This document shows positions 56,064-64,000 of a stretch of 64,000 nt of DNA, in pieces (within the stretch, counting starts at the first letter, position 1; every line of letters starts with the position of its first letter). The position numbers and the translations under genes were made by a program. The DNA is from an uncultured Gemmatimonadota bacterium (GTDB lineage Bacteria > JAAXHH01): the NCBI GenBank assembly GCA_951812955.1, contig OX638340.1, forward strand, positions 3,648,001 to 3,712,000. Reading direction: 5' to 3'. The notes under the pieces are model-generated. The model was not told where the DNA came from and made no database searches. It saw only the letters and a program-made list of their open reading frames with translations.

Positions 56064-56293
56064 GGTGTATCTCCCAAGTGATGCCTCCGGCGCGCTCATG
56101 CAGTTAAACCGGTGTAGGCCACCGCGGCAGACCGTGCCAGGGGATCTGGAAATAAGGCTATTGTAGCGAGAATCTGTAAAGAGAGTATACAGGGCACCGA
56201 AGGGGGACTTCAAGTAAAAACTGCATTTCACGGGATTTGCGGCCGGATGGTTCCGATTTCTGGTTGCGGGGTGCCGGAAACTCCGCTTACTTG

Positions 56294-56391
56294 ATAGGTG
56301 CCTGTTCGATCTTCAAAGGCAATTCCATCGGGGATAGCTGGATATAGTTGCCCGTTCGATTTTCGAGTGTAGTTCTATCGGGGAAAGCTCG
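56294..56391. repeat. Imperfect ~48-50 bp direct repeat x2 in a 430 bp divergent intergenic region
   Basis: ATAGGTGCCTGTTCGATCTTCAAAGGCAATTCCATCGGGGATAGCTGG at 56294-56341, and ATATAGTTGCCCGTTCGATTTTCGAGTGTAGTTCTATCGGGGAAAGCTCG at 56342-56391. Confidence 0.7.
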
Positions 56392-56492
56392 ATTCGACCG
56401 CTCCGAGCCGGAAGGCAAGTGCATACAGTCCAGGGGCGACTACCAGTCACCGGCCGCCCATATCCGCCGCGAAGCCAGAAAGGGTATGCTAC

Positions 56493-57620
56493 GTGAAAAT
56501 CGAAGACATCGCCTCGTATTTCATCGGAGGCGGGTACGTCATCCGCATCCGGACCGACAGCGGCCTCACCGGGGTGGGCCAGACCGCCTGCTGGGGATAT
56601 CCGGAAGCCGTACACCAGATCGTTGAGCGGTTCAAAGACTACCTGGTGGGACAGGACCCCTTCCGCATCGAGCATCACTGGCAGTACCTCTACCGCATGT
56701 CGCCCTTCCGGGGAAGCGCCTTGTCCGGTGCGGTCAGCGCCGTCGATATCGCCCTGTGGGATATAAAGGGGAAGCACTTCGGCATACCGATCTGGGAGTT
56801 GCTCGGCGGGAATTGCAGGGATAGAGTCAGGCTTCATCTGCTGGGTGGCGGCGGCACCCCGGAGGCCATGTACGAATCCGCGCGCAACGCGGCGTCGGAG
56901 GGCTTCACGGCGCTCAAGTTCGATCCCCTGCCGGGCGGCTACCAGGACATGGCCCTGGACCGGATGATACGTACCGCCCGGGATCTCGTCGCGGCAGCCC
57001 GGGACGGCGGCGGCCCGGACATGGATCTCATCGTGGAGGTCCACCGCAAGTTGACCCCGTTGACCGCCATGCCACTGGCCAACGCCCTGACCGAATTCAA
57101 CCTCTATTTCATCGAGGATCCCATCCAGATCGACAGCATCATGGCCCAGGGCGAAATCGCGCGGCGGATCGGTATCCCCGTCGGGAACGGGGAACGCCTG
57201 AACACCATTTGGGAATTCCAGGAACTCCTGGCCCACGGCGGACCGCAATACGTGCGGCCGGACGTGGCCCTGGCGGGCGGCCTGACGCACTGCAAGAAGA
57301 TCGCCGCCATTGCCGAGGCCCATCACTGCGCCGTCGTCACCCACAATTTCCTGACGCCCCTCATCACCGCCGCTTCCGTTCACCTGGACACCTGCATACC
57401 GAACTTCGTGACGCAGGAGTACAGCATGGGGGACGAATCGGAGGCCAGCACGGTGTACCGGACCAACATCCGGCGGGAAGGCGGGTACATACCGATTCCC
57501 CGCGATCCGGGCCTGGGTGTCGAACTGGATGACGAATTGCTGGCCGGCGCGGCGTTTTCGCCAATGAATACCGCGAATACGTTGCTCAGGTCGGACGGTT
57601 CGGTGGCCAACTCGGTCTAA
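56493..57620 (+). CDS. Enolase-superfamily enzyme (mandelate racemase / muconate lactonizing enzyme / D-galactonate-dehydratase-like)
   Basis: Capping domain (..VDIALWDIKGK..) and TIM-barrel metal ligands (..KFDP.., ..FIEDP.., ..GERL..). GTG start at 56493. Confidence 0.8.
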   Translation: MKIEDIASYFIGGGYVIRIRTDSGLTGVGQTACWGYPEAVHQIVERFKDYLVGQDPFRIEHHWQYLYRMSPFRGSALSGAVSAVDIALWDIKGKHFGIPIWELLGGNCRDRVRLHLLGGGGTPEAMYESARNAASEGFTALKFDPLPGGYQDMALDRMIRTARDLVAAARDGGGPDMDLIVEVHRKLTPLTAMPLANALTEFNLYFIEDPIQIDSIMAQGEIARRIGIPVGNGERLNTIWEFQELLAHGGPQYVRPDVALAGGLTHCKKIAAIAEAHHCAVVTHNFLTPLITAASVHLDTCIPNFVTQEYSMGDESEASTVYRTNIRREGGYIPIPRDPGLGVELDDELLAGAAFSPMNTANTLLRSDGSVANSV

Positions 57621-57662
57621 GACTTCACGCCCCGGCGCAGGGCCGGGAGGTAGAGAGCGTAC

Positions 57663-58451
57663 ATGCGTCGATTCAGTTTATTGCATCCGCTGTGGATGGC
57701 CTTTTACGACGGGGAGATCTACGAGGATGTGGCCCGGTTCTGGCGAAACCGCGTGTTTTTGTACCTTGTCCTGCTTCTGGCCCTGACCTGGATTCCTGTC
57801 ACGATACAGATCCAGAACCAGGTGGACGAATGGGTCAGCCGGGAGGCCCCGTTCTATATCGACCAGGTCCCGGACCTGAGCCTGTCCGGCGGCGAACTCT
57901 CCACCTCCTCCTCCGCGCCGACGCTGCTGCGGGACCGGGACGGGACGGTCATGGCCGTGATCGACCCCACCGGCCGGTACACCAGCCTGGACGACACCGA
58001 AGCGCCGGTGCTGGTGACGAAGACCCGGATCTTCGTCCGGGGAGAGGGCGACCAGGTCGAAGTCAGTACACTGCCGGACGGACCGCCGGAGACGCTGACC
58101 CGGGAGGACCTGTACGTGATCGCAGACTGGACCCGGTCCCTGGTCAACACGCTGCTCTTGCCCGTCCTGCTCGTGCTTTCCTTCGCGTACCGGTTGCTGC
58201 AGGCGATGCTTTTTGCCTACGTGGCATCATTTTTCACGGCGTCCACCGGAGGGAGCCTTCCGTACCGTACGCTCCTGAACCTGGCGGTCATCGCCATCAC
58301 GCCGGCCGTCGTGCTGGACACCGTGCACGTGCTCATGGAATCTCCGCTGCCGGACTGGTTCTGGTGGCCGGCGTGCGTGGTGTTGTCCCTCGGCTATCTG
58401 CGCTTCGGCATCCGGGTCACGCTGGAATCCGAACAGCGGTCCGCGGCCTGA
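57663..58451 (+). CDS. Hypothetical membrane protein (DUF1189-like)
   Basis: 262 aa. One N-terminal TM, then a ~120 aa extracytoplasmic segment, then 3 TM helices. The family assignment is tentative. Confidence 0.5.
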   Translation: MRRFSLLHPLWMAFYDGEIYEDVARFWRNRVFLYLVLLLALTWIPVTIQIQNQVDEWVSREAPFYIDQVPDLSLSGGELSTSSSAPTLLRDRDGTVMAVIDPTGRYTSLDDTEAPVLVTKTRIFVRGEGDQVEVSTLPDGPPETLTREDLYVIADWTRSLVNTLLLPVLLVLSFAYRLLQAMLFAYVASFFTASTGGSLPYRTLLNLAVIAITPAVVLDTVHVLMESPLPDWFWWPACVVLSLGYLRFGIRVTLESEQRSAA

Positions 58452-58573
58452 ACGCCTTCGGTATGTCTGTCGCAAAGCAAAGGCTTCGAGCAAAACGGGT
58501 TTCAGGACATTGCATGATCATTGCTTCAAATATTGGTCGTCCTTTCTTTCACCCACAGATGTGAGGAAACGCC

Positions 58574-60238
58574 GTGAAACGCATATTGCTTTTGATCAAC
58601 CATCACAGGCCGCCGTTCAGCCAGTTCGCAGCCATGTTCGAACGGGTCGTGAACGGCGCTTCTCATTTCAAGCTGGAGGTAACCGACGACCGGGACGCGC
58701 TGTGCGACCTGTCGGATTACGACGCCGTGGCGCTGTACATTGCGGCCGGAGAACTGAGCCGGGAGCAGGAACAGGGGATCACCGGCTACGTGCGGAACGG
58801 GGGCGGGCTGCTGGCCGTGCACACCGCGAACGCGGGACTGGCGAAATACGCCGACTACATCGAGATGATCGGTACCGAATTCATCGGCCACGATCCACTG
58901 GGCGACTTCGACGTGGAAATCGATCCGTCCTTCGACGACATCCTGCCGCGTCTGAGCCGGAGTTTCCGCGTCGAAGACGAATGCTACAACATGGACATCA
59001 AGACGGAGGCGCCGCTCAAGTGGTTCCAGCACGGGATCTGGAAACTCGAACGCAAACCCCTGGGATACGTGCGGGACTACGGGAAGGGCAGGATATTCTA
59101 TACGGCCCTCGGCCACGACAACCGGGCCTTCGTCCACCCCGATTTTCAGGACCAGTTGATCAAGGGGCTGCGGTACGTGTGCGGGATGGCCGACGGATCG
59201 CCCGTCCGCATCGGACTGGTGGGATACGGGCCACTGTTCGGCATGGGGAAGCACCACAGCGATCAGATCGCCGCGACCCGCGGTTTCGAGCTGGGAGCGG
59301 TCTGCGACCGGGACCCCGCCCGGCTGGAAGCGGCGCGGGAGGAGCAGGGCGACCACGTGCCCATGTTCCAGGATGCTGCGGAAATGGCCGGGAGCGGGTT
59401 GGTAGATCTCGCCATCGTCATCGTCCCCCACGCCTATCACGCACCCGTCGCGAAGCCCCTGCTCGACGCCGGCCTGCACGTCATCACGGAGAAACCCTTC
59501 ACGGTCAAGGTTTCCGAGGCGGACGAACTGATCGCCCTGGCCAGGGAACGGGGCGTCATGATCTCCGTGTACCACAACCGGCACTGGGACCCGGATATCC
59601 TTTCCATGAAGGAGATCGTCGGCAGGGGCGATATCGGAGAGGTGTATTCCATAGAAAGCGCCCTGGTCGGATACGGCCTGCCGGGCCAGGCGTGGCGATC
59701 CGAAAAGTCGATTTCCGGCGGGGCGATGTACGACTGGGGCGCCCACAATTTCGAGAAAATCCTTCAGCTGGTGCCGCGGTACGATGGCCAGGGAAACCGG
59801 ATCAACAAGCGGGCTACTCTCTTCGGAAACTACATGAAACGGGTCTGGCACAGCGTCACCAACGAGGATTACTGCCGGGCGTACGTCCGTTTCGATTCGG
59901 GCCTGGAGGCCCAGTTCACGACCTCATCCATCCATGCGTCCCGCAAGCCCATGTGGACCGTCCAGGGGACCGGCGGATCGATCGTCATGGAGGGGGGCGA
60001 CGGCGCGGGCACGGTGACGATGGCCAGCGCGGACGGACGCCACCGGGCCGTGGAGGTCAAACCCTATGACCGTGGCCATAACTGGCAAGGCTACTACAAG
60101 AACGTGGCCGACCACCTGCTCTCCGGCCTTCCCCTGGAAATTACCGGGGAATGGGCAAAGGGACCCATTCAGTGTGTCGAGGGTTGTGAAACGGCTTCGA
60201 GAGAGAATAGACTGGTGGAAATCGAATTCGATTTCTAG
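58574..60238 (+). CDS. Fusion protein: N-terminal ThuA-like (class-I glutamine-amidotransferase-like) domain plus C-terminal Gfo/Idh/MocA-family NAD(P)-dependent oxidoreductase
   Basis: Residues 1-200 ..GGGLLAVHTA..FIGHD..YTALGHD.. are ThuA-like. Residues ~205-554 carry a Rossmann segment (VRIGLVGYG) and the GFO_IDH_MocA C-terminal domain. GTG start with GAGGAA upstream. Confidence 0.7.
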   Translation: MKRILLLINHHRPPFSQFAAMFERVVNGASHFKLEVTDDRDALCDLSDYDAVALYIAAGELSREQEQGITGYVRNGGGLLAVHTANAGLAKYADYIEMIGTEFIGHDPLGDFDVEIDPSFDDILPRLSRSFRVEDECYNMDIKTEAPLKWFQHGIWKLERKPLGYVRDYGKGRIFYTALGHDNRAFVHPDFQDQLIKGLRYVCGMADGSPVRIGLVGYGPLFGMGKHHSDQIAATRGFELGAVCDRDPARLEAAREEQGDHVPMFQDAAEMAGSGLVDLAIVIVPHAYHAPVAKPLLDAGLHVITEKPFTVKVSEADELIALARERGVMISVYHNRHWDPDILSMKEIVGRGDIGEVYSIESALVGYGLPGQAWRSEKSISGGAMYDWGAHNFEKILQLVPRYDGQGNRINKRATLFGNYMKRVWHSVTNEDYCRAYVRFDSGLEAQFTTSSIHASRKPMWTVQGTGGSIVMEGGDGAGTVTMASADGRHRAVEVKPYDRGHNWQGYYKNVADHLLSGLPLEITGEWAKGPIQCVEGCETASRENRLVEIEFDF

Positions 60239-60270
60239 TCGCAGTTAAACCCGGAAGAGACAACTCCGAT

Positions 60271-60510
60271 ATGACGAAAAAAGAGAAAATAGAAGCAGGA
60301 TTCACCATACTTGCCATCTTCGCGCTCTGGCCGGTGATCCTGGGTTGGGAAAACCCGATCTACCAGGTCATCCTCGTCGTGATCCTGGTCGTGTTCATCG
60401 CACTCGTCGCCCAGAAGTTCCGCCGCCTCCGGTCCATCTACAACGCGACCAAAGTGGAAGCGAAGAAGCGCAGGCCACCCGGTGGTAATGCGGATGAACC
60501 CTTCGACTGA
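60271..60510 (+). CDS. Small two-TM membrane protein (hypothetical)
   Basis: 79 aa with two hydrophobic helices and a basic C-terminal tail. Confidence 0.4.
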   Translation: MTKKEKIEAGFTILAIFALWPVILGWENPIYQVILVVILVVFIALVAQKFRRLRSIYNATKVEAKKRRPPGGNADEPFD

Positions 60511-60539
60511 CGGAGCGATGTCCCGCGACGAGTGCGCTG

Positions 60540-61520
60540 TCAGGCGTATTTCCCAGGAAGTTCCGGTGCGGAGATTTCGTCCAGCAGGATACGGTCTTCC
60601 GGTTCGAGCGTCCATCCCACGGCACCGAGTGACTCCTCGACCTGTTCGGGAAAGTCCGGACCGATGATCGGCGCCGTCACCTCATCGTGGTCAAGGATCC
60701 AGGCCAGCGCCACCTGCGCCGGCGTCCTCCCGTACTTATCGCCCAAGGCAATCAGCGTCTGCACGATGCCGTCCAGCTTCTCCGTCATGGCCTCGTCAAA
60801 GGGATACGAACTGCGGCTCAGTCCCGGGCGGGGATTCCTCCCCCAGGGGCTGTTTTCGGGCGGCACGGCCCCGCGGCGGAACTGGCCGGTCAGCAGGCCT
60901 ATGGCAAGCGGGCTGTAACACATGAGACCGAGTCCGTGGTCCCTGGCCATGGGCATGAGTTCGAGTTCCGTCTCCCAGCGCGCCAGGAGGCTGTAGTTGT
61001 ACTGCAGGCAGACGAAAGGCTCGAGATTGAGCCGGTCGCTTGTCCAGAGGGCGTCCACCACCTTGTAGACCGGCCAGTTGCTGCAGCCGATGTACCTGAC
61101 CTTGCCCTGGCGAACGAGGTCGTTAAAGGTCGAGAGGGTTTCCTCGAGGGGCGTGACCGGGTCGAAACTGTGGGCCAGGTAGAGGTCGATGTGGTCGGTC
61201 TGCATCCTTTTGAGGCTGGCCTCCACACCCTGCATCAAGTTGACACGGGACAGACCGGTATAGTTGGGCCCATCGCCTTTCCTACCGAAGATCTTCGTAC
61301 ACACCACGACGTTTTCGCGCCGGCCCTTGAGCGCTTTCCCGATGATCTTCTCTGATCTCCCCTCGCCGTAGAAGGCAGAATCGATGAAGTTGCATCCCAG
61401 GTCGAGGGCCGTTTCGATCACGCGGATGCCGGCGTGTTCGTCGATCGCGCCCCGAAAGGCCGTGCCGAGGCAGATCGGCGACACCTGCAGGCCGGTTTTG
61501 CCCAGATAGCGGTATTCCAT
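60540..61520 (-). CDS. Aldo/keto reductase
   Basis: Begins MEYRYLGKTGLQVSPICLGT. The AKR catalytic tetrad is in place. The ATG at 61520 has AGGATGG upstream. Confidence 0.85.
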   Translation of the reverse strand: MEYRYLGKTGLQVSPICLGTAFRGAIDEHAGIRVIETALDLGCNFIDSAFYGEGRSEKIIGKALKGRRENVVVCTKIFGRKGDGPNYTGLSRVNLMQGVEASLKRMQTDHIDLYLAHSFDPVTPLEETLSTFNDLVRQGKVRYIGCSNWPVYKVVDALWTSDRLNLEPFVCLQYNYSLLARWETELELMPMARDHGLGLMCYSPLAIGLLTGQFRRGAVPPENSPWGRNPRPGLSRSSYPFDEAMTEKLDGIVQTLIALGDKYGRTPAQVALAWILDHDEVTAPIIGPDFPEQVEESLGAVGWTLEPEDRILLDEISAPELPGKYA

Positions 61521-61557
61521 GATCCATCCTCTCAAAATCGGTTTAACAGACAGTCGC

Positions 61558-62400
61558 TCACGACCGGGATACATCCGCTTCGGCGAAGGCGTTCGCCAGG
61601 GTCCGGTAACATAGGGCGGCCGCTTCGAAGGGGTCGTAACCGGGATGTCTCTGCACCATGTGACTGACCTCCGCCGTGATGGATCCCGTGTACCCGGCTG
61701 CGTGCATGGCGCGCAGGTAGGTCACGAAATCGAAATCGCCCTCGCCGGGCACAAGAAACTCGAAATCCGGGACACGGCCGCGCTGGTCCTTGACGTGGGT
61801 ATGGACCGCGTAGGGGGCCATGAGCCGGACCGCCTCCTCGATGGACATACCCAGGACGTCGAAGTGGCTGATGTCGAAATTGAGCCCCAGGTAGGGGGAG
61901 CTCATCGTCTCCACGAGTTGGACGGACTTCTGCGCGGTGTCCAGGGCGGAGCCGACGTGGGCCTCCATCCCGATCACGACTTCACGTGCGGCGGCGTAAT
62001 CCAGCAGTTCCCGGACCCGTTCGAGGATGAAATCCAGCCTGGGTTCCCAGTCTTCAGGCGCGCCGCCCAACACGGTGTCCAGGACCGGCATGCCGCGGCC
62101 GTCGCTCCACTCGGCGCACAGGTCGACGGCCTGTTTCAGCACGCGCATGTTCTCGCGGTGCGCATCGGGATCCTCGTCGAGCAGCGAGCGGTGGGCGGCA
62201 ACGGCGGGCATGTCAAGGCCGTACTGTTGAAAGATCCGCTTGATCCGTCGCCGTTCATCGGAGTCCAGCCGGTCCGCGGCCGTCGTATAGTTTGGGAGCA
62301 CCGTCAATTCGACGGCGTCGAATCCCTGTTCGCTCAGGAACGACAGGGCCTGGTCCACGGGGACGCTGGGCATGCCCCAGGTGGTGTAGCCTATCTGCAT
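61558..62400 (-). CDS. Sugar-phosphate isomerase/epimerase (xylose-isomerase-like TIM barrel)
   Basis: Begins MQIGYTTWGM, with ..ELTV.. and metal ligands in ..HVKD... The start is taken at the ATG at 62400, so the 42-bp duplication is excluded from the CDS. Confidence 0.75.
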   Translation of the reverse strand: MQIGYTTWGMPSVPVDQALSFLSEQGFDAVELTVLPNYTTAADRLDSDERRRIKRIFQQYGLDMPAVAAHRSLLDEDPDAHRENMRVLKQAVDLCAEWSDGRGMPVLDTVLGGAPEDWEPRLDFILERVRELLDYAAAREVVIGMEAHVGSALDTAQKSVQLVETMSSPYLGLNFDISHFDVLGMSIEEAVRLMAPYAVHTHVKDQRGRVPDFEFLVPGEGDFDFVTYLRAMHAAGYTGSITAEVSHMVQRHPGYDPFEAAALCYRTLANAFAEADVSRS

Positions 62401-62448
62401 GGGTCGGTACTTTCTGGCCGTGTTGTAGTCGATACGCGAATTCGCCAG

Positions 62449-62532
62449 CCCCGCCGGGTCGATTCTCCGCCTCGTCAACCCGGTAGTGCGCCCCGCCGGG
62501 TCGATTCTCCGCCTCGTCAACCCGGTAGTGCG
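62449..62532. repeat. Perfect 42-bp tandem duplication (CCCCGCCGGGTCGATTCTCCGCCTCGTCAACCCGGTAGTGCG x2) in the 5' leader / intergenic region
   Basis: Two identical copies at 62449-62490 and 62491-62532. Confidence 0.95.
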
Positions 62533-62556
62533 GTCCGCCCTGCCCGGCCGATTTAA

Positions 62557-63465
62557 CTATAGCATGTCGCGGCCGGTAAGAAACGCCTTGAGCTGCTCCA
62601 TCTCTTCGTCCGTAAGATCGGGCAGGGGGCTTCTCCGCCAGCGGCCGCAGATTCCCGCCAGTTCCAGGACGGCGTGCTGGGCTGCGTCCCCGCCGGCCGG
62701 AAAGGCGCTGTACAGGTAATCGAACAATGGCATGTCGTAGCGCGCGATGATGTCTACGGCCGAATCGAGGTCTTTTTTCTCAATGGCGGACGAGTAGGCG
62801 CGGGCTACTTCGGGCTTGAACTTGATGAAGGTGGACATGTACCCATCGCAGCCGTAGGGCAGCATGTCCATGTGGGTCTGCTTCTGGCCGCCCGCGAAGA
62901 TCACCCATTTTTCGTGGGCTCTAACACAGGCACCCCGCGCGAAATCCGGGCCGAAGTCTTCCTTGAATCCCACGACCCCGGGCACCTCGTCCAGGAGCCG
63001 TTCGACCGTTTCGAGCGCGCCCCGGACGCCCACGCTCACCAGCCCGGCGCTCAGGATGAACGCCGGAAGGGCCTGCGACACCGCGCCGTAATACGCCACG
63101 AGCCCATCCACCGTCATGCCGCGGTCGGGAGGCGCCACGATCAACGCGTCCGCTCCGCAGTCCCGGGCGTACTCCGCGAAGCCCGCGGTCTGTTTCGTGG
63201 ACCAGAACCCCGCGCTCGCGATGAACAGCGCCCGTCCGTTGACGACGCGGGCGGTAAACTCCGTCATCTCGGCGATCTCCGCCTCGGTCAGCAACGAATA
63301 GAGACTGTCCCCCGGGGTGAACAGTACGGTTCCCGCACCGGAATCGATGCAGAAATCCACGAACCGGCGTAACCCGGCGTAATCGATGCCGTCATGCTCG
63401 AGAAAAGGCGTGTTGATCGAGGCGACCGGGCCGGCCAGGTGGTGACGGAAACGGTCTGTATCCAT
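62557..63465 (-). CDS. DapA-family (dihydrodipicolinate synthase / N-acetylneuraminate-lyase-like) class I aldolase/lyase
   Basis: DHDPS-family collinearity with the Schiff-base Lys region (..VVGFKEDFG..). ATG at 63465. Confidence 0.75.
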   Translation of the reverse strand: MDTDRFRHHLAGPVASINTPFLEHDGIDYAGLRRFVDFCIDSGAGTVLFTPGDSLYSLLTEAEIAEMTEFTARVVNGRALFIASAGFWSTKQTAGFAEYARDCGADALIVAPPDRGMTVDGLVAYYGAVSQALPAFILSAGLVSVGVRGALETVERLLDEVPGVVGFKEDFGPDFARGACVRAHEKWVIFAGGQKQTHMDMLPYGCDGYMSTFIKFKPEVARAYSSAIEKKDLDSAVDIIARYDMPLFDYLYSAFPAGGDAAQHAVLELAGICGRWRRSPLPDLTDEEMEQLKAFLTGRDML

Positions 63466-63466
63466 C

Positions 63467-64000
63467 CTATGTCCGCCCTTCAGCTGACCAGGAGTCGAAG
63501 GGGTTGCCGTTTTCAGCGAGGGGAAAAGCGACCCGCGCACCCGTGATGTGGGAAAGATGCGCGCCCATGGCCATCTCGATATGTCGGCGGGCCGTGCGCG
63601 CATGGCAAAGTTCGTATTCGGGTTCCCTGCCCTCGATGAGATCCATCATGGACCTCGCCATGCGGTGATGGGCGTTGATCCATTTCTGCCCGCCCGAAAC
63701 CTGTTCGTGGGCGAGCACTTCCCATCGATCGTCGTCGAAGGGCCGCGGGTTCGAGTGGGGATGGAAATAGATATCCGGACCATCCTGCGTGGGGCCGGGC
63801 AGGATGAGCGTCCCGGCGGTCCCGTGGATATCGATGCGATAGGGATTCTCGATACCGTCACCCGCGAAGGATTCGAACTCAGCGTTGAATCCGTCGAACT
63901 GGTAATGCGCCCATATGCCGTTTCCCGCGGAGGTGCCCATGCCGAACAGGCCTTCCTTCCGGTCGATCGGTCCGGCCGTCCGGCCGTCCTGCGTGATGAT
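63467..64000 (-). CDS. Gfo/Idh/MocA-family oxidoreductase, C-terminal part; the gene begins beyond the window end
   Basis: The C-terminal alpha/beta domain ..WAHYQFDGF..GTAGTL.. is typical of the family. The stop lies 1 bp upstream of the DapA-like start, consistent with an operon. Confidence 0.6.
   Translation of the reverse strand: MITQDGRTAGPIDRKEGLFGMGTSAGNGIWAHYQFDGFNAEFESFAGDGIENPYRIDIHGTAGTLILPGPTQDGPDIYFHPHSNPRPFDDDRWEVLAHEQVSGGQKWINAHHRMARSMMDLIEGREPEYELCHARTARRHIEMAMGAHLSHITGARVAFPLAENGNPFDSWSAEGRT

Noticed and set aside
54714-60069. ORFs 54714..56042 (+), 58510..60069 (+) and 58526..59851 (-), which are Arg/Gly/Pro-rich
   Set aside because: Their composition is typical of GC-rich out-of-frame or antisense translation. 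They overlap well-supported genes.
62449-62532. tRNA-like T-arm (GGGTCGATTCTCC) inside the 42-bp repeat
   Set aside because: It cannot be folded into a 5-bp stem / 7-nt loop T-arm with an acceptor stem. It is duplicated exactly, and no anticodon arm is found.
1-64000. Integrons, transposases, phage genes and restriction–modification or other defence systems
   Set aside because: No integrase, transposase, terminase, methyltransferase or nuclease-helicase defence signatures were recognised in any frame. The only mobile-like element is the hicAB islet.

Overview
This 64 kb window comes from a gene-dense, high-GC bacterial chromosome (roughly 63–66 % G+C by eye). I can support about 58 protein-coding genes on both strands. 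I saw no rRNA, tRNA or CRISPR array, though tRNA screening was by eye only.

The content is overwhelmingly catabolic and transport-related:
- eight paralogous PhyH-family Fe(II)/2-oxoglutarate dioxygenases;
- two FmdA/AmdA-type amidases and two amidohydrolase-2 enzymes;
- two Tat-exported PLP aminotransferases;
- a glycan-degrading set: a BNR/sialidase-like protein, a beta-propeller glycoside hydrolase, a GH89 alpha-N-acetylglucosaminidase and an FGly-type sulfatase;
- an MdtABC-like efflux module of one adaptor plus two RND permeases, one of them unusually large;
- an arsR–arsC–acr3 operon with a striking 21-bp x6 tandem repeat between arsC and acr3;
- KorAB 2-oxoacid:ferredoxin oxidoreductase;
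- a sugar or sugar-acid cluster: enolase-superfamily enzyme, ThuA–Gfo/Idh/MocA fusion, aldo/keto reductase, TIM-barrel isomerase, DapA-family lyase and a Gfo/Idh/MocA oxidoreductase.

The most unusual locus is at 16336–17770. An ECF sigma factor is translationally coupled to a cytoplasmic ZAS-type (HX3CX2C) anti-sigma factor. That anti-sigma factor is fused to a complete Ogt/MGMT O6-alkylguanine alkyltransferase and a C-terminal Ada-N-like Cys4 zinc domain. I propose this as a candidate alkylation-sensing sigma/anti-sigma switch.

Two further points stand out. A HicAB toxin–antitoxin pair sits in a clearly lower-GC islet. The genome also carries many independent short tandem repeats, in both intergenic and coding DNA.

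The paralog-rich, oligotroph-like gene content resembles marine SAR202-type Chloroflexota or similar taxa, but I cannot establish the taxonomy from sequence alone.

Several start codons were re-placed relative to the ORF track, using paralog alignment, RBS placement and gene overlaps. The track calls GTG and TTG starts as M.
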